Positions 7,658 to 17,514 of a DNA stretch of 64,000 bases are shown piece by piece. The first letter of the stretch is position 1, and the number at the start of each line of letters is the position of its first letter. Source of the stretch: a virus. Its lineage: Duplodnaviria > Caudoviricetes. The stretch is taken from IMG/VR virus record IMGVR_UViG_3300025751_000015, positions 20,139-84,138 of that record; one strand, written 5' to 3'. A model generated the notes under the pieces. That model ran no database searches. It had not been told where the DNA came from and saw nothing but the letters and a program-made list of their open reading frames with translations. The translations under genes and the position numbers were made by a program.

Positions 7658-8950
7658 ATGTCAAAAAATACAACCGCAGTAGAACAAAGCATGATAGAGG
7701 GTAAAATCTATGAACGTAACCCTAATATCAACGGTGCTAAAATTAAAGAAAAATTAACAACCGCACGTATTGCTCTGCTTATTCGTCAACCATTCTTTGG
7801 TAACTTGGCCACACGTCTTAAACTTGTAGATGCAACAGACTGGTGTTCAACCGCCGCAACCGACGGTCGTAACTTCTACTATAACGAAAACTTTATAAAC
7901 GAACTTAATCAAAAACAAACAGAATTCTTGTTTGGTCACGAAATTCTACACTGTGTATATGATCACTTTACACGTCGTGATGATCGAGATCCTAACATTT
8001 ATAATATTGCCGCTGACTATTGTGTGAACGGTGATTTAGTGCGTCATAACATTGGCGAAGTTATTACACAGGTTAAACCCTTCCATGATCCAAAATATTA
8101 TGGTTGGGCATCTGAGGCTGTGTATGATGACATCTACAAAAAGTATGACGAAGAACAACTTGAACAATTAGGAAAACTACTCGATGAGCATATTGACTGG
8201 GAAAAAGGAAAAGGACAAGGACCTGCAGGAGAAACTAAGAAAGACGGAAAAGGAAAAAAAGATTCCCGTCCTTCTTATTCCAAAGAAGAACTTAAAAAGA
8301 TCCGAGACGAAATGAAAGAGGCTATGGTATCTGCGGCACAGGCGGCTGGCGTGGGTAACGTTCCTAAGGGTGTAGCACGTATTATTAAAGATCTTACAGA
8401 TCCAAAAATGAACTGGCGTGAACTACTTAATCAGCAGATTCAAAGCACACTAAAAAGTAACTATAGTTTTATGCGTCCATCACGTAAGGGTTGGCATACA
8501 GGTGCTGTTCTTCCAGGTATGGAATTTGATCAAACAATTGATATTGCTATTGCACTTGATATGTCTGGCTCAATTGGTAGCAGAGAAGCACGTGACTTCT
8601 TAAGTGAAGTTAAAGGCATTTGCGATCAGTATGATGATTATAAAATTAAAATTTGGTGCTTTGATACTGAAGTTTATAATGAGAAAGACTTTACTCCAGA
8701 TAGTGGCGAATCTATCCAAGACTACGAACTTGCTGGCGGTGGTGGTACTGACTTTGATGCAAATTGGAAGTATATGAAGGACAATGACATTCAACCCAAA
8801 AAGTTTATTGTATTCACAGATGGCTATTCATGGAATTGGGGTGACGAAAACTACTGTGATACTATTTGGGTTATTCATTCTGATAAGTCAATTGAAGCAC
8901 CACACGGTATTACTTGCCATTATGATCTAGCAAAAGAAGAAGCGGCATGA
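7658..8950 (+). CDS. Metallopeptidase-like + vWA domain protein (DUF2201 type), likely partner of the MoxR ATPase
   Basis: TAATDGRNFYYN, HEILH (HExxH), NIAADYCVN, WRELL, MIDAS-like DMSGS, GGGGTDF and FTDG. Confidence 0.85.
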   Translation: MSKNTTAVEQSMIEGKIYERNPNINGAKIKEKLTTARIALLIRQPFFGNLATRLKLVDATDWCSTAATDGRNFYYNENFINELNQKQTEFLFGHEILHCVYDHFTRRDDRDPNIYNIAADYCVNGDLVRHNIGEVITQVKPFHDPKYYGWASEAVYDDIYKKYDEEQLEQLGKLLDEHIDWEKGKGQGPAGETKKDGKGKKDSRPSYSKEELKKIRDEMKEAMVSAAQAAGVGNVPKGVARIIKDLTDPKMNWRELLNQQIQSTLKSNYSFMRPSRKGWHTGAVLPGMEFDQTIDIAIALDMSGSIGSREARDFLSEVKGICDQYDDYKIKIWCFDTEVYNEKDFTPDSGESIQDYELAGGGGTDFDANWKYMKDNDIQPKKFIVFTDGYSWNWGDENYCDTIWVIHSDKSIEAPHGITCHYDLAKEEAA

Positions 8951-9255
8951 GACTACTTGTCGATGATCCAAATCCATTAAATGTTTTAAACATTAGAGAA
9001 TTAAACTTTTGTCCAAAAAATTGGACAAAAATAAAACTAGGAAGTTCTGGTTGGAATTTTAAAAATGAAGTAGAACTAATTAGAAAATGGATTTATAATA
9101 ACTTACACGGAAGGTTTTGTATTATACAAGATCTTGATATTATTAATAATAAAATGGAATCTGTTATCCAAATTGGTTTTGAAGAAGGTTCAGAATCAAC
9201 GATGTTTAGTTTAGCGTGTTCACATTTGCATGACCGTGATATCAACATCATATAA
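8947..9255 (+). CDS. Conserved hypothetical phage protein
   Basis: 102-aa ORF with ATGA overlap. Confidence 0.65.
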   Translation: MRLLVDDPNPLNVLNIRELNFCPKNWTKIKLGSSGWNFKNEVELIRKWIYNNLHGRFCIIQDLDIINNKMESVIQIGFEEGSESTMFSLACSHLHDRDINII

Positions 9256-9302
9256 TTACTAGTGTTATAACAAACAAACTTTAAATAAGGAGTTAACTCA
9301 AA

Positions 9303-9608
9303 ATGACAGAAGAAACAAAAACTCAGGCGCCAGCAACAGAGGCCCCTCAGTCAGAAGCACCAAAGCCGGGTGCTCCGGATCTTACAGTTCAAGATCTTCA
9401 GGCATTAAAAGCAATCATTGACGTTGCAAGTCAACGTGGTGCGTACAAGCCAAACGAAATGGAAGTAGTTGGCCGCACTTACAATAGATTGAACGCTTTC
9501 TTAGAAGCAATTACGCCTAAGAAACCAGCAGAAGGAGAAGCGACGGCTACTGATTCTGCTAAAACAACAGAAGCACCTGCACAACCTGCAGAGGCTCCAA
9601 AGGAGTAA
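9303..9608 (+). CDS. Hypothetical protein (helical core DLTVQDL...RGAYKPNEM, Pro/Ala-rich tails)
   Basis: AAGGAG SD and upstream TAAATA. Confidence 0.75.
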   Translation: MTEETKTQAPATEAPQSEAPKPGAPDLTVQDLQALKAIIDVASQRGAYKPNEMEVVGRTYNRLNAFLEAITPKKPAEGEATATDSAKTTEAPAQPAEAPKE

Positions 9609-9611
9609 ATT

Positions 9612-10205
9612 ATGGCAGTTAAACATGTAGCAGTGGTAGGAAATAATGCAACTAAGGTATTAGTCGCTTATAGAACTTTACCAGGTGATCCTAATAGTGC
9701 TTTGGTAATTCCTACAGCGTCTTTAAAACAAACATATCACGATGAACTTGATTCATTGGTTATGTCAGAACAATCACAGCAATCATATGAGTTTGCAAAC
9801 ATTTTAGCAGTACGTAAGTTTTCAGACGGAAGAACTATGTTATCGGCTCTTCATGCAGGAGGCAACCTACAAAAAGTTCCAACATCAGAAGTTACTATGC
9901 AACCTAGTACAAAGAAAGCAACTTGGATTAAGTTAAACGAACTTAACAAGATTATTGCTGAACAAAAAGGTGTAGGTATTGATGAACTTGCTCTTACAGC
10001 AAATGGTGAGCCGGGCAAAACAGAAGCAGTCGTAGAAACTATTGCAACTGTAAAAGACCAAGGGATTCTTAGCGATGAGGATCTTGCAAAAAAATATAGA
10101 GCAGATGCAGATGTGTTGTATAAAGAAGTACAAGAACTTCGCAGAAAAGCGGACGAACTATCTTCTAAAACAACTGCAAAAAAACCTGCAAAAACTAATG
10201 CATAA
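9612..10205 (+). CDS. Conserved hypothetical phage protein
   Basis: 197-aa ORF with SD. Confidence 0.75.
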   Translation: MAVKHVAVVGNNATKVLVAYRTLPGDPNSALVIPTASLKQTYHDELDSLVMSEQSQQSYEFANILAVRKFSDGRTMLSALHAGGNLQKVPTSEVTMQPSTKKATWIKLNELNKIIAEQKGVGIDELALTANGEPGKTEAVVETIATVKDQGILSDEDLAKKYRADADVLYKEVQELRRKADELSSKTTAKKPAKTNA

Positions 10206-10585
10206 TGTCCAAGTCGCAGGGCAGAATCATCTTACAAGGTGATCCAACACTTAATCCTGAATGGGAAGGCGTAATCGAAGACATCAAGATCGAAAGTCTT
10301 CCCATTCACTACGTTTCCGAATTAAAACTTAATTTAAAAAATAAACAAAAAGTAATCATTGATGTTAAATCAATTGTTGCACAAAGTCCCACTTCAGATC
10401 AGGCCGCACAAAGGGTTAACAACATAATTCGAGAGCATTCTAACATACTTGACAATATCGATTTTAAAGTTAACATGAGTGGTTTACAAAATCAAGTTAC
10501 ACAAGCAAGAAATGCATTTACAAAAAAAGTAAACAGAAACTTTAAAAAATCAAATGCAGAAAGGAAGAAAAAAGATAGTGACTGA
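10205..10585 (+). CDS. Hypothetical protein
   Basis: 126-aa ORF with TAATG coupling. Confidence 0.7.
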   Translation: MSKSQGRIILQGDPTLNPEWEGVIEDIKIESLPIHYVSELKLNLKNKQKVIIDVKSIVAQSPTSDQAAQRVNNIIREHSNILDNIDFKVNMSGLQNQVTQARNAFTKKVNRNFKKSNAERKKKDSD

Positions 10586-11210
10586 AATTAATTTTAATGT
10601 CATCGAGCAAACTGCCATTCTGCATGTAAAACAAGCATTCACTACAGAAGAATGTAAAGCAGTTTCTGATGCTGTAATGACTTACAAGAATAAATCACCA
10701 AGTTTTGACCCTAATGCAAACCTAGGTTGTTGGAGAGGTTGGCCACACGTTAAAGGCGGTTTCACAGAAGAAATAAACAGCATGATTATTGATCGATGCA
10801 GTGAAGCAATTAACGAATATATGTCAAACCTTGCAAAGCCTACTAACACATTCGGTGAATCAACAGAATACCTAGATAAATCCAGATATGTTTTTGATGC
10901 TTGGTTTAATGTAAACAGAAAAGGTGCAGAAAATAGAGAACATTCACATAGCGGTTTTTTAGCAAGCGGTGTTGCATATTTTCAAGCAACGGATACAGGT
11001 CCTATTGAGTTTTTACCTTTGAATGCACTCTATAAAATGACCAATCCTGCATGGCCATATCATGGTATGGCAAACTACGAACCCAGTGACGGAGATATCT
11101 TAATTTTCCCAAGTTATCTATTACACAAGGTACACCCTAATCCAAACGAAAAAGAAAGAATTAATATGGCATTTAATGTCAACTATCGAAGGAAAGATAT
11201 ACAACAATGA
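10554..11210 (+). CDS. 2OG-Fe(II) oxygenase
   Basis: WFNVN..GAENREHSH (HxH), SGVAYF, GDILIFPSYLLHKV and RINMAFN. Confidence 0.85.
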   Translation: MQKGRKKIVTEINFNVIEQTAILHVKQAFTTEECKAVSDAVMTYKNKSPSFDPNANLGCWRGWPHVKGGFTEEINSMIIDRCSEAINEYMSNLAKPTNTFGESTEYLDKSRYVFDAWFNVNRKGAENREHSHSGFLASGVAYFQATDTGPIEFLPLNALYKMTNPAWPYHGMANYEPSDGDILIFPSYLLHKVHPNPNEKERINMAFNVNYRRKDIQQ

Positions 11211-11893
11211 CACAAGTAAAACTAATTTCATATTCACAAGCGACAGAAGATCTTACTGCACAACATCTTACAAATGTACAAGATTTGATTGCATTTTGTG
11301 CAAGGGTTAGTAATCCAAGCAATCAGATGAATAAAGAAACTAGTGAAAAATTAATCAAGTATTTGATTAAACATGCACACTGGTCACCACTTGAAATGGT
11401 TAGTGCCTGCTTGGAAATTAATACCACACGTGATATTGCACATCAGATAGTTCGTCATCGTTCATTCTCTTTCCAGGAATTTAGTCAACGCTATGCTGAT
11501 CCAAAGGAGTTTGGAGAACAGTTTACATATCGCGAAACACGCCTGCAGGACGAAAAGAATAGACAGAACTCAATCGAAATTAATGCACTGGAACACGGTG
11601 ACATTGATATTAAATGGCACGACTATCAGCGTGAAGTAATTGCAAAAGCCAAGGAAGCATATGAATGGGCAATTGAAAATGGTATTGCCAAAGAACAGGC
11701 TCGTGCTGTACTACCGGAAGGATTAACAAAGACTCGTTTGTACATGAACGGTACACTGCGTAGTTGGATTCATTATATTGAACTGCGTGGTGCTAATGGT
11801 ACACAAAAAGAACACATGGAAATTGCACATGCCTGTGCAAAAGTAATTGCAAGAATTTTTCCTTTAGCAGAGGATCTTGTACGTGAAAACTAA
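11207..11893 (+). CDS. thyX: Flavin-dependent thymidylate synthase
   Basis: HWSPLE, RHRSFSFQEFSQRY (ThyX motif), EQARAVLP, GTLRSWIHY and TQKEH. Confidence 0.95.
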   Translation: MTQVKLISYSQATEDLTAQHLTNVQDLIAFCARVSNPSNQMNKETSEKLIKYLIKHAHWSPLEMVSACLEINTTRDIAHQIVRHRSFSFQEFSQRYADPKEFGEQFTYRETRLQDEKNRQNSIEINALEHGDIDIKWHDYQREVIAKAKEAYEWAIENGIAKEQARAVLPEGLTKTRLYMNGTLRSWIHYIELRGANGTQKEHMEIAHACAKVIARIFPLAEDLVREN

Positions 11894-12305
11894 ATTTATC
11901 GAAGCATACATGGACGTTGCGAAACGTTTCTCACAATTATCGTATGCCCAAAGACTTAAGGTGGGTGCGATTATTGTTAAAGATGATCGCATAGTTGCCT
12001 ATGGTTATAATGGTATGCCTAGCGGATGGGATAATAATTGTGAAGAAGAAAATAAAACAAGACCAGAAGTATTACACGCTGAATCAAATGCTATTGCTAA
12101 ATTGGCCCGTAGCAACGATAGCGGTTTGGATGCTGATATTTTTATTACTCATAGTCCTTGTATAGAGTGTGCCAAACTGATTTACCAAAGTGGAATTAAA
12201 CGTGTCTATTTTGGAGAAAACTATCGTAACACAGACGGATTAGACTTCTTAACAGCGTCTAAAATTAACGTTATACAAGTTGATACATCAAGTACTAGCG
12301 AATAG
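11877..12305 (+). CDS. cd: dCMP deaminase
   Basis: RLKVGAIIV, GYNGMPSG, HAESNAI and SPCIECAK. True start may be GTG 11883. Confidence 0.92.
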   Translation: MYVKTKFIEAYMDVAKRFSQLSYAQRLKVGAIIVKDDRIVAYGYNGMPSGWDNNCEEENKTRPEVLHAESNAIAKLARSNDSGLDADIFITHSPCIECAKLIYQSGIKRVYFGENYRNTDGLDFLTASKINVIQVDTSSTSE

Positions 12306-12362
12306 CACAAACACCGCTGTATGACGCTTAAAATGCGTTTAAGACGCCTTTATATGCGTAGT

Positions 12363-14111
12363 TTACACTACTACTTCTACTAGTTTTACACCCGGATTAG
12401 GATCGTTTTGGATTGCTTTTCCAATTACACAAATTGAATTTGGCATAGCACTATCTTTGGCTATTGCTGTGGCTACACCTGCTTTAGGACTTGTTACAAT
12501 TAAATCACCTTTTTGGACAGGACCTTCTACCTTGCAAGGAACTCTACCTCTTAGTGCTACCGCAACACCTTCTGCCGTACTGTTCATTAAGTGTGCCGGA
12601 TCTGTTGATACAACTCCTGCTACTCTATGATCACAGAACATAGTTGTTGTGGTTACTTCTGCTTCTCCACCAAATATTAAAACTGTACCAGGTTCATAAT
12701 CCTGATCGCTGGCATACATCTCTGCCAAGTCAGCAAATTGAGCCGCTGTTGCTGTACCTAAAAACTTACGTGCTGTAAGATCTTTGTTTGAATCTCTTTG
12801 TGCAATACTTCCTGAAACTGCACCAGTTGATGCTGTTGCTCCATTTAATGCTTGAGAATTTGTAGCAGTACCGTTTACAATGTTAACGTTAATGTTACCG
12901 CTTCCGTCTCTTGCAACAATAGAATTGTTAACCAATAAAGTATTTGCTTCTCTTGCTGTACCAGCATCAACAACAAGTTTGTTTGCGATATCCGATGTAC
13001 CTTGTACTGTTGCGTTTAGTGTACCATTTACTGTAACGTTATTAAATGTGCTTGTTCCAGAAGATGCTGTAACATTACCTGTTAAGTTTCCTGTGACATT
13101 ACCTGTTAAGTTTCCTGTGACATTACCTACAACGTCACCTGATAAAAATCCTGTACTATCAACAGCAACACTGTAAGCATTAATAGATTGCCATTTTTGT
13201 GAAACTGTACCAATCTGACCAACGCCATCTGTTGTTGGAATAAATGTATTATTTTCAAATTTCGCAACCGGAACCGCACCTGTACCAGTGTTAACTTGGA
13301 AGTTAATTTTGTTACCTACCTGGTTTGTAATGTTTGCTTGATCACCACCTGTGATGTGTAACTTTAAATCTTGTCCGTTTCCTACTGTAAGTCCTTCGTC
13401 ATTTAAGAACTTAACTAGATCAGCAAAACTTTGTAATCCACTATTAAGAACATATTGTGCCGCAGGAATTCCACCAAGGTTATCTGTGTTTACCGCAGTA
13501 CCGTGATATCGAATACCAGGAACAGTAACTTCGTCTGCTAAATTAAATCCTTTTTTGATTTGACTAAATCCTGCAATAGGATTTTTAGTGCTATCTAAAA
13601 TAAATTCATCCTTAGCAGTAATACCCATTACTGAGTCATTTACTGTGTATGTAAGGATAGTTCTATCGTTAGCAGTAATATCTTTTACAACCCTCGAAGT
13701 AACCTGCGAAACACCTTCACCGCCTGTACTAACAGGCCCAATTAGAATAAAATCTTCACCATTGTAAACGTATAACTGTTCACCGTCTGTTTCCCACCAT
13801 AAGTCACCTCTCGCTAAACCCACTGGTTGGTTAGGACCAATTTCTGCACCGCCTGCAATTCTAAATCTGTTACCATCATAAAACTTAATAACACGGTTAG
13901 CACTATCATACCAAACTTGACCTGCTAATGGGTTAGGTGGTTGGTTTGCACCAGCAAAACTTTCTAGAAGATGTACAAAATTTTCATTGATGATTTCACC
14001 AAAACCTGCATAGTTTTTACCTACAAGTTTAATGTCCGTGGTGTTATCAACAGTACCATCTTGCACTACTGCTATTTGTGTTCCGTTGTATGTATTAATA
14101 ATATATGGCAT
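12363..14111 (-). CDS. Tail fibre/spike protein with C-terminal intramolecular-chaperone (peptidase G2-like) domain
   Basis: Shared N-terminal module with the three neighbours; GN(V/L)T repeats; C-terminal ADLAEMY...GVVS...ALRGRVPCKV...KGDLIVTS. Confidence 0.75.
   Translation of the reverse strand: MPYIINTYNGTQIAVVQDGTVDNTTDIKLVGKNYAGFGEIINENFVHLLESFAGANQPPNPLAGQVWYDSANRVIKFYDGNRFRIAGGAEIGPNQPVGLARGDLWWETDGEQLYVYNGEDFILIGPVSTGGEGVSQVTSRVVKDITANDRTILTYTVNDSVMGITAKDEFILDSTKNPIAGFSQIKKGFNLADEVTVPGIRYHGTAVNTDNLGGIPAAQYVLNSGLQSFADLVKFLNDEGLTVGNGQDLKLHITGGDQANITNQVGNKINFQVNTGTGAVPVAKFENNTFIPTTDGVGQIGTVSQKWQSINAYSVAVDSTGFLSGDVVGNVTGNLTGNVTGNLTGNVTASSGTSTFNNVTVNGTLNATVQGTSDIANKLVVDAGTAREANTLLVNNSIVARDGSGNINVNIVNGTATNSQALNGATASTGAVSGSIAQRDSNKDLTARKFLGTATAAQFADLAEMYASDQDYEPGTVLIFGGEAEVTTTTMFCDHRVAGVVSTDPAHLMNSTAEGVAVALRGRVPCKVEGPVQKGDLIVTSPKAGVATAIAKDSAMPNSICVIGKAIQNDPNPGVKLVEVVV
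13072..13128. repeat. Coding tandem repeat, 24-nt unit x2.4
   Basis: ACATTACCTGTTAAGTTTCCTGTG at 13072-13095 and 13096-13119 plus 9 nt; encodes TGNLTGNV repeats. Confidence 0.9.
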
Positions 14112-14138
14112 TTTCTTCCTCTACTAGCAGTATTTACC

Positions 14139-14618
14139 TTATGCTTGGCCCATACGTTTCTTGCGATCAATTTCGCTTGTTGCTTTGTCTGCAAAGAAAT
14201 ACGCATCGGTATTGTTTTTGTATTCTGTTTTACGTGCTTTGTTTCTTTCACGAAGATCTTTAATATATGACATCATTTCCTGAAACTCAGGTGTGTTAGG
14301 AATATCACTTTTTTCTAACATATCAATTATAATATTAAGTTGTCTATGAACAGGATAAGCATTTTGAATTTTATCAGAAACACCAGCATTTAGCATTTCT
14401 TCATCAATGAACGCTTTACCGGAATCAACTTCCGTAATTTTTTTAACAGAACCTTCTGCATACGTTCCAATATATATTTCTTTATCAGGATCATATGATA
14501 CTGTTTTAATTTTTACTTCATCTGGGTCTAAGCCAAAAGTGTTCATGCCTTTAGGTAAATGTCCTAATAGCGTACCATTCTTAGCATTAAACATTAGTTT
14601 AAATTTTTCTGTTGCCAT
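14139..14618 (-). CDS. Hypothetical protein, possibly tail-fibre associated
   Basis: 159-aa ORF inside the fibre cluster; YPVHRQLNII motif. Confidence 0.6.
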   Translation of the reverse strand: MATEKFKLMFNAKNGTLLGHLPKGMNTFGLDPDEVKIKTVSYDPDKEIYIGTYAEGSVKKITEVDSGKAFIDEEMLNAGVSDKIQNAYPVHRQLNIIIDMLEKSDIPNTPEFQEMMSYIKDLRERNKARKTEYKNNTDAYFFADKATSEIDRKKRMGQA

Positions 14619-14622
14619 ATTC

Positions 14623-15111
14623 CTATTCCCATATTAGGCAAAGACTATATTTTGTCTCTTCGCCATCTTCTATTTTCGTTACTTCATGCCAAGTATCAAT
14701 CGGCATTTCAAACATTGCACCTTTCTTCTCTTGGACCAAATGCTCAACATCATCTTTGTCCCAATATTTAAAGTGTGGCTTGCCTTCTGTTAGGTAAACC
14801 AACTTAAATTTCCAATACCCGCCAGCACTATCTTGGTGCCTTACTAACCAGTCTCCTGGCTTGTATTTGTTTACAACAATCTGTGAACACCATTTACGTT
14901 CCTCAGGTATTGTCTTCCAAACAGTTTCAACAAGTTCACTGTCCATATCTTTTTCATACAAACTGCTAAAATGGCTTTCACCATAAGCAGTAGAATGTTT
15001 ATCAGTTCCGCCTATGCCTCTGTTTGTGAACTTTCCTTGTATTTCGTGTTCCTTTACCAGTTGCATAATTTCATCTACATTTGTAATAAAGTTTTCTTTA
15101 ACTTCATACAT
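14623..15111 (-). CDS. 2OG-Fe(II) oxygenase (prolyl-hydroxylase/AlkB-like fold)
   Basis: VNKYKPGDWLVRHQD (HxD), distal WHEVTK His and terminal YSLCL strand. Confidence 0.7.
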   Translation of the reverse strand: MYEVKENFITNVDEIMQLVKEHEIQGKFTNRGIGGTDKHSTAYGESHFSSLYEKDMDSELVETVWKTIPEERKWCSQIVVNKYKPGDWLVRHQDSAGGYWKFKLVYLTEGKPHFKYWDKDDVEHLVQEKKGAMFEMPIDTWHEVTKIEDGEETKYSLCLIWE

Positions 15112-17501
15112 TAAATATTACCTTTATAAACCCATGCCGCAGAACTTGTTCTAGCAATTCTATCAAAATTATAAACAGTTACAGTTGACACAAATCCTGC
15201 TATATTTACAGCACCACTAAATGCACTTGCTCCATTACGTTCATACGTAACATTACCAACAACTGTTTGTAATAATGTACTATCACTTGAGTATGCTTCA
15301 ACTAAACCGTTTCTAACAATTACAACTTTTGCTCCTTGAACAGCATCTGTTGAAAACTCATCTGCTTGATCAGCATTAAGTCCTGTATTGAATACACAGA
15401 ATCCTGTAAGCGTACCATTGGTTAACAATGTTGTAAATGTTCCTAATGCCGCATTTGTTGGAATTAATTGTGAGTCAACACTAATATTTCCTGAAGCACT
15501 TAATTGAAATTCATATCCTAGTGTCGCTGACTTTTTATTAATTAAATCTGTTACGTTACCGTATGACGTTTCAACTGTTCTACCACCAATATAACCAATA
15601 CCGTATCTTGTTGTTGATCCGTATTTTTTAATATACAAAGGATTACCTGAACTATCAGTACCTAGGTTACCATAATAATAACTTCCAAGTATTCTTGCTG
15701 TTGTTCCTTCTTTAAAGTTATTAGGTGGAGCAAGTCTAGTTAATTGTGCTTTAACATCATCTTGTGTCATGTCTTTAGTATCAAGATAAAACTGAATATC
15801 TTGTCCAGTTGATTGGAATACTGTATCAACATATTCTTTGATAGCACGTTCAGTAACTAAATTGCTTGCACTGTTTTGTAAAAATTGTCCATCATCACTA
15901 ATACGTGTAACTGTTCTACCTACAGCATCAACAAATTTTTGTGCTTTAACCTGTATTGCAGGAGCATTCTTACCAATGTCAGCACCGTCAATTACTGTTC
16001 CGTTTGTTATTGTTCCTGCTCTTAAATCTGGATTGTTAATTCTTGAGTCTTGTATAGTAACCCTATCAATTAACATATCTCCAATATTTTGATTGGCATC
16101 GCTAGGAGTAGTTATTGCACCTCTACCAATTCTACCAACACTAATGTAACCATTAATTGTTTGTGAAGATGTAACATTAACACTACCATTAAATTGTGAT
16201 GTTCCGTTAAATGTATTGTTTCCTGTAAGCGTATTATTTTGATTTGTATAAACACCGTAATCAACAAAAGCCGCAACACCTTCGAAGCGTCCAATTCTTG
16301 TTCCTGCACTTGCTGGAATGATAGGTGCTTGTGTTGTAGCATCTACATCAACAACTGTTAATCCGTTTGTTGCTTGAGAATTACCTACGTTAATTGTATA
16401 TGATTTTCCTGTATCAGGATCAACAATAGTTTGTCCTGTACTATCTTGCAAAGGTCCTCTGTTAGCACCTGTTGTTGTACCAACCATTGATCCTGCAAGT
16501 GTACCGATAAAGTTTGCATAGATATCCTGTGCATAAATGTTTCTAAAGTTTTTGCTAGGTGAACCAATGCTTACTTGATTGTTAGCAAAAGGTAAAATAT
16601 TTTTATCAATAATTTGTATTACTTCTTTGTCAGCACCACTACCGGCATAGTTAACACCAAGTTTTAAAACAGTACCAACTTCATTGTAAATTTGTGCAAT
16701 GCTAGAACCAGGATCAATTTTAATTTCTAATTCGCTGTCAACACCTATTTTGATACCACCGTCATTTTTAAAACTGTATACACCTGTAATATCTTCGTTG
16801 TCATTTCTGTTTGCCCAAGTGCTTGCTAAACGTCCGCCTAGTCTATCAGCATCGCCTGCTGTACCAAAAAATCTTGTAGCACTAGATGTTACGCCATCTA
16901 CATTTGTGCCTTTTGCAGTAATACCTTGACCAATTCTAGTAAATCCTGTTAACGGTGTTGCAGTTTGATCAATTTCAAACGCCGCATCTGCCATTACCAT
17001 ATATGGTGCACCGTCTACATATCCAATTGATACAGGATGATCTGTTCCTCCGGTGTCAGTTAATTTTTCTGAACTCCAACGAGTTTGACCAAAACCTAAT
17101 ACACTTTCAGGTCCAACAAGTACATGCTGGTCACCATCTGCAACAAATACATATAATTTATTGTTAACAGTATCCCACCATAAATCACCTTCTTTTTGAC
17201 CTTGAGGTTCTGTAGCACTAACTTGATTGATTGTTAAATTACGCCAATGCACTCCGTCAAACACACTAGGACGAAGTTTGTCTGCATTTTTATCAAACCA
17301 TATCTGTCCAACCAACGGCTTGCTTGGAGGTGTATCTGCTCTAGCAAAATTTTCTAATAATTTTACAAAGTTTTCATTTTGTTGCTCACCGTAGCCTGCA
17401 ACATTTCTACCCACAAGTTGTAGATCGGTTGAGTTATCAACAACACCATCTGCTAGTGTTATTAATACTGTACCGTCCGTTTTATCTAATTGATATGGCA
17501 T
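15111..17501 (-). CDS. Tail fibre-like virion protein (paralog 2)
   Basis: N-terminal MPYQLDKTDG...LVGRN.AGYGE..NENFVKLLENFA...GQIWFD module; Gly/Thr/Asn-rich beta repeats. Confidence 0.7.
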   Translation of the reverse strand: MPYQLDKTDGTVLITLADGVVDNSTDLQLVGRNVAGYGEQQNENFVKLLENFARADTPPSKPLVGQIWFDKNADKLRPSVFDGVHWRNLTINQVSATEPQGQKEGDLWWDTVNNKLYVFVADGDQHVLVGPESVLGFGQTRWSSEKLTDTGGTDHPVSIGYVDGAPYMVMADAAFEIDQTATPLTGFTRIGQGITAKGTNVDGVTSSATRFFGTAGDADRLGGRLASTWANRNDNEDITGVYSFKNDGGIKIGVDSELEIKIDPGSSIAQIYNEVGTVLKLGVNYAGSGADKEVIQIIDKNILPFANNQVSIGSPSKNFRNIYAQDIYANFIGTLAGSMVGTTTGANRGPLQDSTGQTIVDPDTGKSYTINVGNSQATNGLTVVDVDATTQAPIIPASAGTRIGRFEGVAAFVDYGVYTNQNNTLTGNNTFNGTSQFNGSVNVTSSQTINGYISVGRIGRGAITTPSDANQNIGDMLIDRVTIQDSRINNPDLRAGTITNGTVIDGADIGKNAPAIQVKAQKFVDAVGRTVTRISDDGQFLQNSASNLVTERAIKEYVDTVFQSTGQDIQFYLDTKDMTQDDVKAQLTRLAPPNNFKEGTTARILGSYYYGNLGTDSSGNPLYIKKYGSTTRYGIGYIGGRTVETSYGNVTDLINKKSATLGYEFQLSASGNISVDSQLIPTNAALGTFTTLLTNGTLTGFCVFNTGLNADQADEFSTDAVQGAKVVIVRNGLVEAYSSDSTLLQTVVGNVTYERNGASAFSGAVNIAGFVSTVTVYNFDRIARTSSAAWVYKGNI

Positions 17502-17514
17502 CGCTCTCTATTCC

